Assembly: GCA_963827235.1 (NCBI GenBank)
Contig: CAWHAE010000012.1
Span: 1,472,001-1,536,000, forward strand
Reading direction: 5' to 3'
Length of the DNA stretch: 64,000 bases
From: an uncultured bacterium
GTDB taxonomy: Bacteria > Chloroflexota > UBA5177 > JANWHV01
Shown here: positions 30,364 through 41,138 of the stretch, piece by piece
Layout: the number at the start of each line of letters is the position of its first letter
Numbering within the stretch: the stretch's first letter is position 1
Made by a program: the position numbers and the translations under genes
The notes under the pieces: generated by a model
The model's input: the letters and a program-made list of their open reading frames with translations, nothing else
The model's database searches: none
Told to the model about the DNA's origin: nothing

Positions 30364-31304
30364 CAGCGCAACCTCCCCTGGGGATCGAGCGCGTCGCGCA
30401 GGCCGTCGCCGAGCAGATTGAAGCCGAGCACGGTGAGCATCAAGGCCACGCCGGGATAGAGGAACAGCCAGGGAGCGGATTGGAAGTAGGCCTGCCCGCC
30501 GCTGAGCATGCTGCCCCAGTCTGCCGTGGGGGCCTGCACGCCGAGACCAAGGTAGCTCAGGCCCGCTTCCAGGAGCACCGTGCCGGCGATGTTGAGCGTC
30601 AGGTAGACGATCACGATGCCCGTAAGCTGCGGCCCCACGTGGCGCACGACGATGCCGACTTCGGAGACGCCGAGGGCGCGCGCCGCTTCCACGAAGTCGC
30701 GCTGCTTGACCGCCAACACCTGGCTGCGGATGATGCGCGCCATGGAGCTCCACACGGTGACGGCGATCACCACCACGATGGCCTGGAAGCTCGGCCCGAT
30801 CGCCGTGACCAGGGCCATGGCGAAGAGGAGGCCGGGAAAGGCGAGCATGACGTCGGTGAGCCGCATCAGGAGCGTGCCGACAAAGCCGCCCCAGTAGCCG
30901 GCCAGGAGGCCGACCAGGAGGCCGATGGCCATGGCCAGCCCGTTGGCCAGCATGCCGACGCTCAGCGAGATCCGGGCGCCGTAGATGATGCGGCTGAGCA
31001 TGTCGCGCCCAAGCGTGTCGGTTCCCAGGAGGAACTGCGCGCTGTGGCCGACCGGGTTGCCGTTGTCGTCGAGCCCGGCGTCGAACTGGAAGTTGGGATC
31101 GTGCGGAGCGACCAGCGGCCCCAGGATGGCGATCGCGATCAGCAGGAGGACCATGGCCAGACCCACCAGCGCCATGGGATTACGCGACAGTGTGGCCACT
31201 GCGCGCCGTCGCCCACTGAGCGACGGCGCGAGGGCCTCCTGCTGATCCGCGATGCTTTCGCCGGTCACGCCGGCCGGCAGATTCGGAGCCAGGCGTCTTG
31301 GCAT
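30363..31304 (-). CDS. Peptide ABC permease (DppC-like)
   Basis: LGTDTLGRDMLSR, DFVEAARALG, LSYLGLG, FNLLGDGLRDALDP. Confidence 0.95.
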   Translation of the reverse strand: MPRRLAPNLPAGVTGESIADQQEALAPSLSGRRRAVATLSRNPMALVGLAMVLLLIAIAILGPLVAPHDPNFQFDAGLDDNGNPVGHSAQFLLGTDTLGRDMLSRIIYGARISLSVGMLANGLAMAIGLLVGLLAGYWGGFVGTLLMRLTDVMLAFPGLLFAMALVTAIGPSFQAIVVVIAVTVWSSMARIIRSQVLAVKQRDFVEAARALGVSEVGIVVRHVGPQLTGIVIVYLTLNIAGTVLLEAGLSYLGLGVQAPTADWGSMLSGGQAYFQSAPWLFLYPGVALMLTVLGFNLLGDGLRDALDPQGRLR

Positions 31305-31322
31305 CGGCGCGCGCCGTCTCCG

Positions 31323-32966
31323 TCAGGCTGCGAGGTGGTAGTGCGCGTAGTCCCCGTAACCCCAGATCGGGTGCAGGTAGTAGTTGCTCAGCCGCGGGGG
31401 CTTGATCGTCACGTAGTACGCCTGGAAGAGCGGGAACATGGCCACGTCGTCCAGCAGCCTGTTCTGCACCTCGCGCTCCAGGGCGATACGCTTGGCGGAA
31501 TCGAGGGTCCCGACGGCCTGTTGCTCCAGCGAGTCGACGCGCGGATCGCAGAAGAACAGATTGTTGATCCCATGCGGCTCAAACTGGCCGCAGGTGAACT
31601 GCTCGGAGATGAAGTCGGTGGCGTCGGGGAAGTCCACGCCCCACCACTGCGTGAACATGGGGATGACGTTCGGCTTGTAGGTGAGCGCCGACGCGGCGGA
31701 GAAGGCGGCGCTCCGTATCTTGACGGTTACGCCGATCTGGGCCAGATCCTGCTGGATGGCCTGGCCGACCACCGCGTCGGCCGTATCCGGCCAGTTGCCG
31801 GTCAGATAGGTGGTGGTGAACCCGTTGGGATAGCCGGCCTGAGCCAGCAGGGCCTTGGCGGCGGTGGGATTGTAGGCGATGCCGGTGTAATTCGGCTCCC
31901 ACGCCCCGATGCCCTGGGGGTAACGCTGGGTCGACGCGAACACGCGGTACTTGCCGATCAGCTTGACCAGGCGGTTGCGGTTGACCGCCATGGCGACCGC
32001 CTTGCGGACGCGCACGTCGGTGAACGGCTTCATGCCCGAGTTGAAGCCGATCTGATAGGTGTAGAGAGCGGGCGCGCGCATGATCAGCTTACCGAAGCGC
32101 GAATCCGCCGCCACGGCGGCGTAGCTCTCCTTGGGGATGCCGTCCGCCAGCACGTCGATGTCGCCGCTCTCCAGCTTGAGCACGGCCACGCTATCGTTCA
32201 CGTTGACCTGCCAGGTGATCTGATCCAGGTACGGAAGCTGCACGCCGCTGGAGTCGTGGCCGTAGTAGTTGGGATTGCGGACCACGACCAGCTTCTGAGC
32301 CGGAGTGTAGGACTGGAACATGTAGGGCCCGCTGCCCAGCGGGTGATTGTGGAACTCCTTGCCGTACTTGAGAACCTGGGCCGGATCGACGACGTCGAAG
32401 TTGGCCATGCTGATCTCGTACGGGAAGATGGCGTCGGGACGCGAGAGCACGAAGCGGACGGTCAGCGGATCGACCACCTGCACGCCGCTCAACGTCTTGG
32501 CCTTACCGGCCTGCAGCGCGTCGTAGCCCTGGATGGCGGAGAGCTCGTTGAGCGCCCAGTTGTTGGTGCTCGGCGTCTCGGCCCGGTTGATCGAGAAGGC
32601 GACGGACGAAGCGGTGAGCGGCGTGCCGTCGGCAAACTTGAGGCCGGAGCGCAGGTGGAAGGTGTAGAGCCGGCCGCCGTTGCCGACCGTGGGCATGGCG
32701 GAGGCCAGGTCGGGGTACAACGAGTCGTCGACGTTCACGCCGATCAGATTGCTGTAGAGGCAGTTGATCACGCGGATGGACTCCACGTATCCGGCGACGG
32801 GCGGATCCAGGCTGTCGAAGTCGTTCGCGGTGGCCACCACGATCGATCCGCCGCGAATGCTAGCCTGCGTGTGCGCCGCCGTGCGAGAGGGCACGGTGCC
32901 GCCCAGGGCCGCGAGCAACAGAAGAATGACTCCACTTCGAGCGATCGCCGTGCGCACCGTCACCAT
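31323..32966 (-). CDS. Family 5 ABC substrate-binding protein
   Basis: Signal peptide; SLDP, YTFHLRSGLKFADG, GSGPY, VRKAVAMAVNR. Confidence 0.94.
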   Translation of the reverse strand: MVTVRTAIARSGVILLLLAALGGTVPSRTAAHTQASIRGGSIVVATANDFDSLDPPVAGYVESIRVINCLYSNLIGVNVDDSLYPDLASAMPTVGNGGRLYTFHLRSGLKFADGTPLTASSVAFSINRAETPSTNNWALNELSAIQGYDALQAGKAKTLSGVQVVDPLTVRFVLSRPDAIFPYEISMANFDVVDPAQVLKYGKEFHNHPLGSGPYMFQSYTPAQKLVVVRNPNYYGHDSSGVQLPYLDQITWQVNVNDSVAVLKLESGDIDVLADGIPKESYAAVAADSRFGKLIMRAPALYTYQIGFNSGMKPFTDVRVRKAVAMAVNRNRLVKLIGKYRVFASTQRYPQGIGAWEPNYTGIAYNPTAAKALLAQAGYPNGFTTTYLTGNWPDTADAVVGQAIQQDLAQIGVTVKIRSAAFSAASALTYKPNVIPMFTQWWGVDFPDATDFISEQFTCGQFEPHGINNLFFCDPRVDSLEQQAVGTLDSAKRIALEREVQNRLLDDVAMFPLFQAYYVTIKPPRLSNYYLHPIWGYGDYAHYHLAA

Positions 32967-33109
32967 AGGTCCATCCTCCCCCTAGGACTGCAGCAGCTGG
33001 CAGCGCCACCGCGGCCGGCCGGGTCCGGCGGCCACACGAGGGCGCTCTACCTGGCGGGAGGGTACACCGCCCGACATGGCCAAGGCAAGTGCAGGCAGCC
33101 CCCCGGCCG

Positions 33110-34004
33110 CTATGAGGGGAGCGGCGCCGCCGCCAGATGCGCCTCCAGAACGGCGACCAGCGATGCGGGCATGGCCGCGCCGGGGGCACGCACGCGCGCT
33201 TCCTGAATCAGCCCGCGGCGGCGCAGAATCTCCTTGCGTATGGCCAGGCTGACCTTGTCCTGGGACTCGAACAGCACCAGCGGCAGCCAGGGCAGATATG
33301 CCTGGCGCGCGGCGGCGAAACCGCCGTCCTGCCAGGCGCGCACCGTGGCCACCAACGCCTCGGGAACGGCGAAGCCGGTCATGGCGCCGGCCGAATCCGG
33401 CCGCCAGCTCGTCGAGCAGGCCGACGCCGCCCAGGCCGCCGAACACGGGCACGCCGCTTTCCCCGGCCAGTATGGCCACGGTGGGCGCTGTCGGCGGCGC
33501 TTCCGCCTTCAGCGCCACCACCACGGCTGCCTCACGCGCCGCCTGCGCCAGCAGCTTGGGCGGAATGGCCACGCCCGTTGCGGCCGGGTGGTCCTGCAGC
33601 ACGATGCCGAGACCCGAGGCACCGGCAATCCGGCGCAGGTGTTCCGCCACCACCGCCGGGTCGGCACCCGGAACCGGGACCATCACGGCCCGCGCGCCGA
33701 GCCCGGCTGCCGCCCGTGCCTCCTCGATGGCCGGCGCCGTGGCCGTGGCGGCCATGCCGGCGACCACGGGAAGCGGCCCGGCGGCCGCCACCACGGTCTC
33801 CAGCACCAGCCGCCTTTCCGCCGTGCTCAGGCGGGCCGCCTCTCCCAGCACGCCCAGCGCGACCACGCCCGATGCTCCGACCCGCTCGTACAACCCGACC
33901 AGGCGTGCCAGCGACGCGGTGTCGACGTCCAGATTCTCCCCCTGAAACGGCGTCGCCAGGATACCCCACACGCCGCGCGCCAGCGGCTCGTACCGTCCTG
34001 CCAT
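33110..34004 (-). CDS. DapA/NanA-family aldolase (+1 frameshift near 33395)
   Basis: GVWGILATPF, LGVLGE, LQDHP, LKAE, FGGLGG; SAGAMTGF continues in the shifted frame. Confidence 0.88.
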
Positions 34005-34045
34005 GCGCTGCCTTCCCTTCCGTCATCGCACCCGAGAGCCGGCGG

Positions 34046-34840
34046 TCAAAGCGCCGAAATCATGCCGCCGTCCACCAGCATGCTCTGGCCGGTCACGTAG
34101 CCCGCGTCTTCCGAGGCGAGAAACGCTACCAGGGCGCCGATCTCGGCCGGGCTGCCGTAGCGCTGCGCCGGAATGCCGCGCTCGTTTTCGGCGCGGCACT
34201 GATCGTAGGACACGCCCGCCGCCTTGGCGCGCGCCTCGTCCAGCGTGCGCACGCGATCGGTGTCGATGCGTCCCGGCGATACCATGTTCACCGTGATACC
34301 CGCGCCTGCCACTTCCTGCGCCAGTGTCTTCACCACGCCGAGCAGCGCCGGCCGGAAGGCATTCGACACCACCAGGCCGGGGATGGGCTGTTTGACGGAC
34401 GACGATCCGATGACCACGATGCGCCCGTAGCGCCGGGGCTGCATGCGCCGCACGGCCAGGCGCATGGAGCGCACGGCGCTCATCAGGGTCAGGTCGAACG
34501 CGGTCTGCCAGTGCGAGTCGGGCGCGTTCAGGAACGAACTGGGCGGCGGGCCGCCCGCGTTCGCCACCAGCACGTCGAGCCGGCCGAAGCTCTCGTCGAG
34601 CGTGCCAAACAGCGCCTCCAGGTCCGCGGCCTGCGCCACGTCGGCGCGCACGCCGACCACCTTGCCGCCGGAGGAGCGCAACGCCGCCGCGGCCTCCTCG
34701 ATCGCCTTTGCGTCGCGGGAACAGATCACCAGGTCGTGGCCGGAGCGTGCCAGCGCCTCGGCGCAGCCGCGCCCGATACCCTTCGTCGCCGCCATGACGA
34801 GTGCGACGCGCCTCATCGTCCCCTCTGCTGCGTTCACCAT
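34046..34840 (-). CDS. SDR family oxidoreductase
   Basis: AATKGIG, NAGGPP, SNAFR, PGRIDTDR, YVTGQ..VDGG. Confidence 0.93.
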   Translation of the reverse strand: MVNAAEGTMRRVALVMAATKGIGRGCAEALARSGHDLVICSRDAKAIEEAAAALRSSGGKVVGVRADVAQAADLEALFGTLDESFGRLDVLVANAGGPPPSSFLNAPDSHWQTAFDLTLMSAVRSMRLAVRRMQPRRYGRIVVIGSSSVKQPIPGLVVSNAFRPALLGVVKTLAQEVAGAGITVNMVSPGRIDTDRVRTLDEARAKAAGVSYDQCRAENERGIPAQRYGSPAEIGALVAFLASEDAGYVTGQSMLVDGGMISAL

Positions 34841-34946
34841 CTTCCCCTCAACTCGTACTCTTGCCCTCGGCATACACACGGCGGCGGCCGGCCGCCTCGT
34901 TACCGTGCCAGAGCTTACCGTAGCACGATGCGAGACCCGATGCCGC

Positions 34947-36116
34947 TCAGCCGAACATCGCCACGCTCGTGGTCGAGTGCATGCGGCCGTAGACGAACGC
35001 CAGATAGGCGTCGCGCGCGGCCGGATCTACGCGGCTCCAGGCGGTGGCGACGGCCGGCTCGCCCGCCCAGTACGACCAGATGAGCGCGCTGCGCTGGGGA
35101 GCCTCGATGAACTGCATGCGGTTTTGCACCCAGCCCTCGCCGCCCACCAGGCTCTGATCGCGCAGCCAGCCGGCCACGCGGTCCGCGGTCCAGCCCAGGA
35201 AGTGCAGGCGCCAGGCGGCGCCGGTGCCGATGCCCGAGCGGTAGCGCGTCATGGCGGCGGTGAACCGATCGTCGTCGCCGTCGATCCAGTCCAGCAGGCG
35301 CAGCCCATAGTCGGCGATGCCTTCGAAGACGGAGGAGCTTGCCGAGTTGACGATCGAGAGCAGGCCGTCGGCCGCCGCCCGGCCCTCGCGATACCACGTC
35401 TCGCGCAACTTGAATTGCACGTAATGGCCGGGGTAGCACTCGTGCACGGCGAGATGTTTGAGGGCCGGCCCGGTCAGCACGGGATCCGTATTGAGCTCCA
35501 CCGTACGCCGCATGTAGTCGCAGCGCGCGTTGAAGGCCACGCCGCTCACGCCCTGCACGCGCATGCCGTCCGATTTCGGCGCCGGGATGGGGAGGACGGC
35601 GTTCGTGCGATCCCATGCCTCGTCCAGGAGCGCCTGCGCCGTGTCCTGCACCTCGCCGGCCGGCACGCGATGCCGTGCTTCCCAGGCGAGGCACTGGGCC
35701 CGCAGGTCGCCCGTGTAGCCGAGGCCGGTCAGGACCTCTCGCATCTCGGCGCGCAAGGCGTCGAGCTCCCCGTCGGAGGCAGGCTGAGACGAAATGTGCA
35801 GGAAGCGGCCGACCTGATCCGCGAAGGCCAGGCCGTGCTCGCGCCACTCGAGCAGGGCCAGCGTCGAGAGGCAGAGCTGGTCGTAGTAGACGCGGCGGTC
35901 CGGCTCGGCCAGCGTCGCGGCCCGCCGGCGCAGGTCCTCGAGCACCGCGCGGGCCTCGGCAAAGGACGCCAGCGGCATGGCAGCGTGGGTGGTCGACATG
36001 TTGACCACCACCAGGCCGTCGTCGGCCTCGCCGCCGGGTGTCCGGCACAGCGCGTCGATGCCCAGCAGCACCGGCGTGACCGATTCGCCGTAGGCGAGAG
36101 TTGCTTCACTGAGCAT
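34947..36116 (-). CDS. Short DUF885-like putative metallohydrolase
   Basis: LAVHECYPGHY and SSVFEGIA motifs; coupled to the neighbouring DUF885 gene. Confidence 0.7.
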   Translation of the reverse strand: MLSEATLAYGESVTPVLLGIDALCRTPGGEADDGLVVVNMSTTHAAMPLASFAEARAVLEDLRRRAATLAEPDRRVYYDQLCLSTLALLEWREHGLAFADQVGRFLHISSQPASDGELDALRAEMREVLTGLGYTGDLRAQCLAWEARHRVPAGEVQDTAQALLDEAWDRTNAVLPIPAPKSDGMRVQGVSGVAFNARCDYMRRTVELNTDPVLTGPALKHLAVHECYPGHYVQFKLRETWYREGRAAADGLLSIVNSASSSVFEGIADYGLRLLDWIDGDDDRFTAAMTRYRSGIGTGAAWRLHFLGWTADRVAGWLRDQSLVGGEGWVQNRMQFIEAPQRSALIWSYWAGEPAVATAWSRVDPAARDAYLAFVYGRMHSTTSVAMFG

Positions 36117-37785
36117 GGCCATCCTCCTCCCGCATGGCGGCCGCGATCAGCGCCACGGGCACCGATCCGTAGGAGAGGAAGCGATCGTGGAACCGGCGCA
36201 GGCTGAAGGAGCTGCCCCGGCGCGCCGACAGTTCCCGGCGCAGGTCGTGAATCATGTCGACGCCGCTCAGGTACATCATCGCCGCGCCCGGGAACATGCT
36301 GTTCTTCACGGCCTCGCCGTGGGCGGCGCCTTCGGCCATGCCGACTCGCTCGCGGTAGAACGCTGCCGCCTCGTCGATGCCGATCGTGCCGCGATGGAGC
36401 CGGACGTCCACGATTGCCCGTGCCGCCATGCGCAGCCGGCTGTGCTGCTCGGAGTACTGTTCCAGCGGTGAGAGAAAGCCGGTCTCCGCCATGAGCTCGG
36501 TGGCGTAGCAGGCCCAGCCCTCCGCCATGGTGCCGCCGCAGAACATGGCGATGCGCGAGGCACAATCCACGGCGGCGATCCGGCCGAGACGGGATTCGGC
36601 CCGGTAGGCGTGATAATTCTGCAGATGGTGGCCCAGGCCGCCGTGGTGCACGACGTGATTCAGGGTGATCACACTGTCGTTGGCGGCGCGCAGACGCCGC
36701 TCCTGCTCCTCGGCGGACAGGTCGCCGTCGACGGGCGGCACCAGGTATTCCATCGGCGTAACCGAGTCGAAGGGCGCCGGTGCGCGGTAGGGCAGGAAAT
36801 ACAGGTACGGCGCGGCGCGGCGCGCCCAGAGCGGCTGCGGCACGTAGCGGATCGGGTACTCCGGCCAGGTGACCAGGTCGGCGGCCACGGCGGCTGCTTT
36901 GGCGGCCTGCCAGGTCGCTTCGAAACGGGCGTAGTAGTCCCCGGCCCGCGGATGCAGGTCCGCCAGCCCGGCCAGCGCTGCGGCCGGATCGGCGGCGCCG
37001 AAATCGCCGGCGTGCTCCGCCAGGTAGGCGGCGCTGCGCTCGAGCTGGTCGAGAGCGTAGGCTTCTACCTCCGCGGCATTCCGGCCGAGGCAATGGCCGC
37101 GTTTCAGGAGCAGGTCGAACGCCTCCTCGCCGGCGGCCCAGCCAGCGGAGGGATGCGCCGTCAGCTCTCGCTCCAGGTAGCGGCGGTAGTCGCCGAATGC
37201 CGCGCCGGCGGCGGCCGCTGCCCGGCCGAGCAGCGGGTCCATGCCGCCCTGCTCGCGCGCCAGCTGCTCCAGGCCGGATCCGAGGAAGGCGAGCGCGCCA
37301 TCGCACTCCCGGATGGCCCGGGACGTCCAGGCCGCGGGCGCCGCGCGAACGGCGTCACGGCCCTGCCGGAGCAGCGCGGGCACGGCCTGCAGGCGGGCGA
37401 TGGCACTTTCCGCGCGTTGCTTGTACGGAGCGAACGGGCGGAGAAACAGGCTGAGGATGCCGAAGATCGCTTCGCCGGTGTAGAAGCTGGGGTTGCCCCG
37501 CTCGAAATGCGCCGAGCCGAGCTCCCAGAGCGCGATCTCCAGGAACCCCTCTGCCATTTGGCGGTCCATGGACTCTGCCACGGTCGGCGATTCGGCGGGT
37601 AGCGCGCGCAGGGAGCCAAGCAGGCGGCGCATCTCCGCCGCCGAGTCGGCCAGTCCCTGCTCCGAGCAGTCGGGAAGCCGGTGATCGTGCTCGTGCACGC
37701 CGATGAACGTAGCGTTGACGGGATGCCGGCGGTAGTAGGCGGCAAGGAATTGGTCGAGCCAGGCTGAAAAGGCGGGTGCGCTCAT
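36106..37785 (-). CDS. DUF885 family protein
   Basis: PVNATFIGVHEHDHRL, HHGGLGHHLQ, AEGWACY, AARAIVDVRLH, FHDRFLSYG. Confidence 0.88.
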   Translation of the reverse strand: MSAPAFSAWLDQFLAAYYRRHPVNATFIGVHEHDHRLPDCSEQGLADSAAEMRRLLGSLRALPAESPTVAESMDRQMAEGFLEIALWELGSAHFERGNPSFYTGEAIFGILSLFLRPFAPYKQRAESAIARLQAVPALLRQGRDAVRAAPAAWTSRAIRECDGALAFLGSGLEQLAREQGGMDPLLGRAAAAAGAAFGDYRRYLERELTAHPSAGWAAGEEAFDLLLKRGHCLGRNAAEVEAYALDQLERSAAYLAEHAGDFGAADPAAALAGLADLHPRAGDYYARFEATWQAAKAAAVAADLVTWPEYPIRYVPQPLWARRAAPYLYFLPYRAPAPFDSVTPMEYLVPPVDGDLSAEEQERRLRAANDSVITLNHVVHHGGLGHHLQNYHAYRAESRLGRIAAVDCASRIAMFCGGTMAEGWACYATELMAETGFLSPLEQYSEQHSRLRMAARAIVDVRLHRGTIGIDEAAAFYRERVGMAEGAAHGEAVKNSMFPGAAMMYLSGVDMIHDLRRELSARRGSSFSLRRFHDRFLSYGSVPVALIAAAMREEDGHAQ

Positions 37786-37793
37786 CGTCGTGC

Positions 37794-38915
37794 CTATCGC
37801 TGCAAGGGCAGGTCGACCCAGCGGCGCTCGTGGAACGACTGCTCGACCGCGTTGATCGCCTCCTGCACCCAGGCGCCGTCGCGGAAATTGCCCTGGTTCC
37901 GCGGTCCGCCGTCCAGAATCTCGTCGGCGAAGTCCTTGATCAGGTTGGCATAGAACAGCGAGCGCCACGATTCAGTCGGGCTGCCGCCGGTGGGGTAGAA
38001 GTGCCGGGGAATCTCCAGCTCGCGGAACTCCACCGCATCGGCGGTGGCCACGCGGATGGTCTCCGCGATGCCCCGCTCTTCGACCAGCCGGCAGATGATG
38101 GCGCCGCGCTCGCCGTAGATGCGCGCTTCGATGCCGGGATAATTGCCGACCGTGACGAAGCTGGTCTGGATGGAGCCGATGGCGCCGTTGGCGTACTCGG
38201 CGATATAGATGTCTCCGTCGTCGATGTTCATGCGCATCATCGTGCCGGTAGCGCGGACAATGCGCTCGGGGATGAAGTTGCGCATGGTGCCGACCACGCG
38301 CGTGTAGTCGGCCCCCACCCACCAGTGCCCGATGTCGATCACCGGGGCGCCGTAGCCTTCGAGCGACGAGGTCTGCAAGACGGATTGGTCGGCGGTGTGA
38401 TCGACCTGGCGCAGCGGCGTTTGCGGATCGAGCCACTGTGAGTTCTGCTCATACCCGTTAAAGATGAAAGGCCGTCCCACGAATCCCTCATCGAGCAGCG
38501 ACCGTGCGTAGCGCACGCCCGGGCTGTAGCGGAAGGTGAAGCCGAGCTTGGTCTTCAGGCCCTTCCGATCGGCGATGGCGGCAGCCTCGAGCGTCTGGCG
38601 AAAGTCGTAGGCGACAGGCTTCTCGCAGAGCACGTGCTTGCCTGCCTGCAGAGCGGCCACGGAGAGCTCGAAGTGGGTATTCGAGGGAGTACAGACGTCC
38701 ACCACGTCGACATCGGAGCGGGCGACGGTCGTCTGCCAGTCGTCGGTCGCCGTCTCGACGGCGAATTCGCGGGCCAGATCGCGAGCTCGTTCCGGCTCCA
38801 CGTCGCAGAGGGCGACGATCCGGCAGCGAGGATCGCGCTGCCAGCCGGGGATATGGGCGAAGCGCGCCCAGGCGCCGGCACCCAGCACGGCGACCCGCAG
38901 GGTAGACTCGTTCAT
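37794..38915 (-). CDS. Gfo/Idh/MocA family oxidoreductase
   Basis: VAVLGAG, DVCTP..H, GKHVLCEKP. Confidence 0.93.
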   Translation of the reverse strand: MNESTLRVAVLGAGAWARFAHIPGWQRDPRCRIVALCDVEPERARDLAREFAVETATDDWQTTVARSDVDVVDVCTPSNTHFELSVAALQAGKHVLCEKPVAYDFRQTLEAAAIADRKGLKTKLGFTFRYSPGVRYARSLLDEGFVGRPFIFNGYEQNSQWLDPQTPLRQVDHTADQSVLQTSSLEGYGAPVIDIGHWWVGADYTRVVGTMRNFIPERIVRATGTMMRMNIDDGDIYIAEYANGAIGSIQTSFVTVGNYPGIEARIYGERGAIICRLVEERGIAETIRVATADAVEFRELEIPRHFYPTGGSPTESWRSLFYANLIKDFADEILDGGPRNQGNFRDGAWVQEAINAVEQSFHERRWVDLPLQR

Positions 38916-39159
38916 CGACCAACCTCCCAGAAATGATGGTGCGAAGCGGCAACCACCGCGCACGACGCCACGGGCCTGCCTCTTCGCAGTTTCGTGGAAC
39001 AGTATTTCACATTTCTTGTATACTAGTCCACAATTCAGGTGCAGCGCCGCACCCCCGACTTTGTGGCGATCCGCGGGCAGTGTCCTCGATGATGCGTTCT
39101 CGCCCGGTGGACGAGCGAGTCACCGGGACTCACCCAGGACGGTGAAGGGGTGACGGCCA

Positions 39160-40110
39160 GTGGCCCAGTACCTAGTGCGGCGGCTCTTGCAGGCGGTGCC
39201 GATCCTGATCGGCATCTCGGTGCTGCTCTTCGCCCTGCTGCACGCCGTGCCCGGCGGGCCGCTGGCAATCTACCTGAACAACCCGCAGGTATCGCCGAAG
39301 GACATCGCCCGGCTCAGCAGCCAGCTCGGCCTGGACCGCCCGCTCCCCGTGCAATACGTGCTCTGGCTCAAAGCGTTCATGCGAGGCGACTGGGGCTACA
39401 GTCTCTCGACCGGCCGACCGGTGGAGACCATGATCGGCGAGCGACTGCCGGCCACGCTCGAGCTGATGACGGCGTCACTGGCGGTGGCCGCGGTCGTGGC
39501 GCTCATCCTAGGGATCTTCCAGGCCCTCCGCCCCCGATCGCTCCTCGACTACGGCGCCACCACCGCCGCCTTCCTGGGCATTTCCATTCCCGCGTTTTGG
39601 TTCGGCCTCATCCTGCAGCTCGTGTTCGCCGTGGAGCTTCGCTGGCTGCCGTCGTCCGGGCGGGAGGAGATCGGGGACGGCTCGTTCCCGGATCTCGTCC
39701 GGCACCTCATCCTGCCGACCATCGTGCTGTCCCTGGCCTACCTGGCAGGCTGGAGCCGGTACGTGCGCTCCAGCCTGCTGGAGACGCTGGGCGAGGACTA
39801 CGTGCGCACCGCGCGCGCCAAGGGGCTGCCGCCGCGGTTAGTAGTCATTCGCCACGCCCTGCGGAACAGTCTCATCCCGGTGGTGACGGTAGTGGCGCTG
39901 GATCTGCCGTCGCTCTTCGCCGGCGCCGTGGTAACGGAGACCGTCTTCAGCTGGCCGGGCATCGGGCAGCTGTTCATCAACTCGATCAACGGGCTCGATT
40001 ATCCGACGGTGATGGCAATACTCATGATCACGTCGGTGCTGGTGATCGTGTGCAACTTGCTTGCCGACCTGGCCTACGGCTGGCTCGATCCGCGGGTGCA
40101 ATATGGCTGA
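39160..40110 (+). CDS. Peptide ABC permease (DppB-like)
   Basis: LGLDRPLPVQY, DYVRTARAKGL, RHALRN. Confidence 0.95.
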   Translation: MAQYLVRRLLQAVPILIGISVLLFALLHAVPGGPLAIYLNNPQVSPKDIARLSSQLGLDRPLPVQYVLWLKAFMRGDWGYSLSTGRPVETMIGERLPATLELMTASLAVAAVVALILGIFQALRPRSLLDYGATTAAFLGISIPAFWFGLILQLVFAVELRWLPSSGREEIGDGSFPDLVRHLILPTIVLSLAYLAGWSRYVRSSLLETLGEDYVRTARAKGLPPRLVVIRHALRNSLIPVVTVVALDLPSLFAGAVVTETVFSWPGIGQLFINSINGLDYPTVMAILMITSVLVIVCNLLADLAYGWLDPRVQYG

Positions 40111-41032
40111 TCCTGCTCGCGGAACCCCTCTGTCATCTGCCGCGCGCGCGGAAGGGCCGCCGGAGCAGTCCGAGGCGGCGCGGAGCGAGCTCGTGCCGCG
40201 GCGCCCGTCGGTGCTGGCGCGGCTGACCCGCCACCGCCTCGCCCTGTTCGGGTTACTGATCCTAGCGGTCATGGTTTGCGCGGCCATCATCGGGCCGCTG
40301 GTCGAGCCCTACAAGCCCGACGCGCAGAATCTGTTTCTGATCCAGCAGGCGCCGGTGTGGTCGCATCCCATGGGCACGGACGATCTGGGCCGCGACGTGC
40401 TGAGCCGCGTGCTCTCCGGGGCGCGCATCTCACTTGCCGTGGGTGCGCTGAGCGCGCTGACCGCCGTGCTGATCGGAACGCTGATCGGGGCGCTGGCCGG
40501 TTATGCCGGCGGCCTGGTCGACAACCTCTTGATGCGCCTGACCGACATCATGGTCTCCATCCCCATCCTGCCGTTGGTGATCGTGGTGTCCTCGATCGCC
40601 AGGCCCTCGGTCCCGCTTCTGATCCTGGTGATCGGCGGCTTCGGCTGGATGGGCATGGCCAGGCTGGTGCGAGCGCGGCTGCTCGTGCTCAAGGAGCAGG
40701 ACTACATCAGCGCTGCCCGCGCCGTGGCGGTGCCGCCATGGCGCATCATCTGGCGGCATCTGCTGCCCAACGCCATGGCACCGATTATCGTGGCCGGCAC
40801 CCTGGCCATGGCAAACGCGATCATTCTGGAATCCGTGCTCAGCTTCTTCGGCCTGGGCGTGCAGCCGCCGACGCCGAGCTGGGGAAACATGCTGCAGAAC
40901 GCGGAATCGAGCATGCAATCGGAGCCCTGGCTGGCGATCTTTCCCGGCCTGTGCATTCTGTGCACGGTGCTCAGCGTCAACTTCCTGGGCGACGGCCTGC
41001 GCGACGCCCTGGATCCCAAGATGCGGCTGTGA
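40103..41032 (+). CDS. Peptide ABC permease (DppC-like)
   Basis: HPMGTDDLGRD, PSWGNML, NFLGDGLRDALDP. Confidence 0.95.
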   Translation: MADPARGTPLSSAARAEGPPEQSEAARSELVPRRPSVLARLTRHRLALFGLLILAVMVCAAIIGPLVEPYKPDAQNLFLIQQAPVWSHPMGTDDLGRDVLSRVLSGARISLAVGALSALTAVLIGTLIGALAGYAGGLVDNLLMRLTDIMVSIPILPLVIVVSSIARPSVPLLILVIGGFGWMGMARLVRARLLVLKEQDYISAARAVAVPPWRIIWRHLLPNAMAPIIVAGTLAMANAIILESVLSFFGLGVQPPTPSWGNMLQNAESSMQSEPWLAIFPGLCILCTVLSVNFLGDGLRDALDPKMRL

Positions 41033-41138
41033 AGTGGTCTTGAAAGGGGGTGGGCGGCAGAGGACGGGGCGCGGTTACAGGGAGGGACTCTGACGGAGAA
41101 GGTAGGCGGCCGGGCCGCCGATTGAGAAGGAGATCAGG

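Noticed and set aside
30480-33206. 908-aa plus-strand ORF and similar long antisense ORFs (e.g. 40977-42881, 33137-35083)
   Set aside because: Opposite well-supported ABC and enzyme genes, with no motifs of their own
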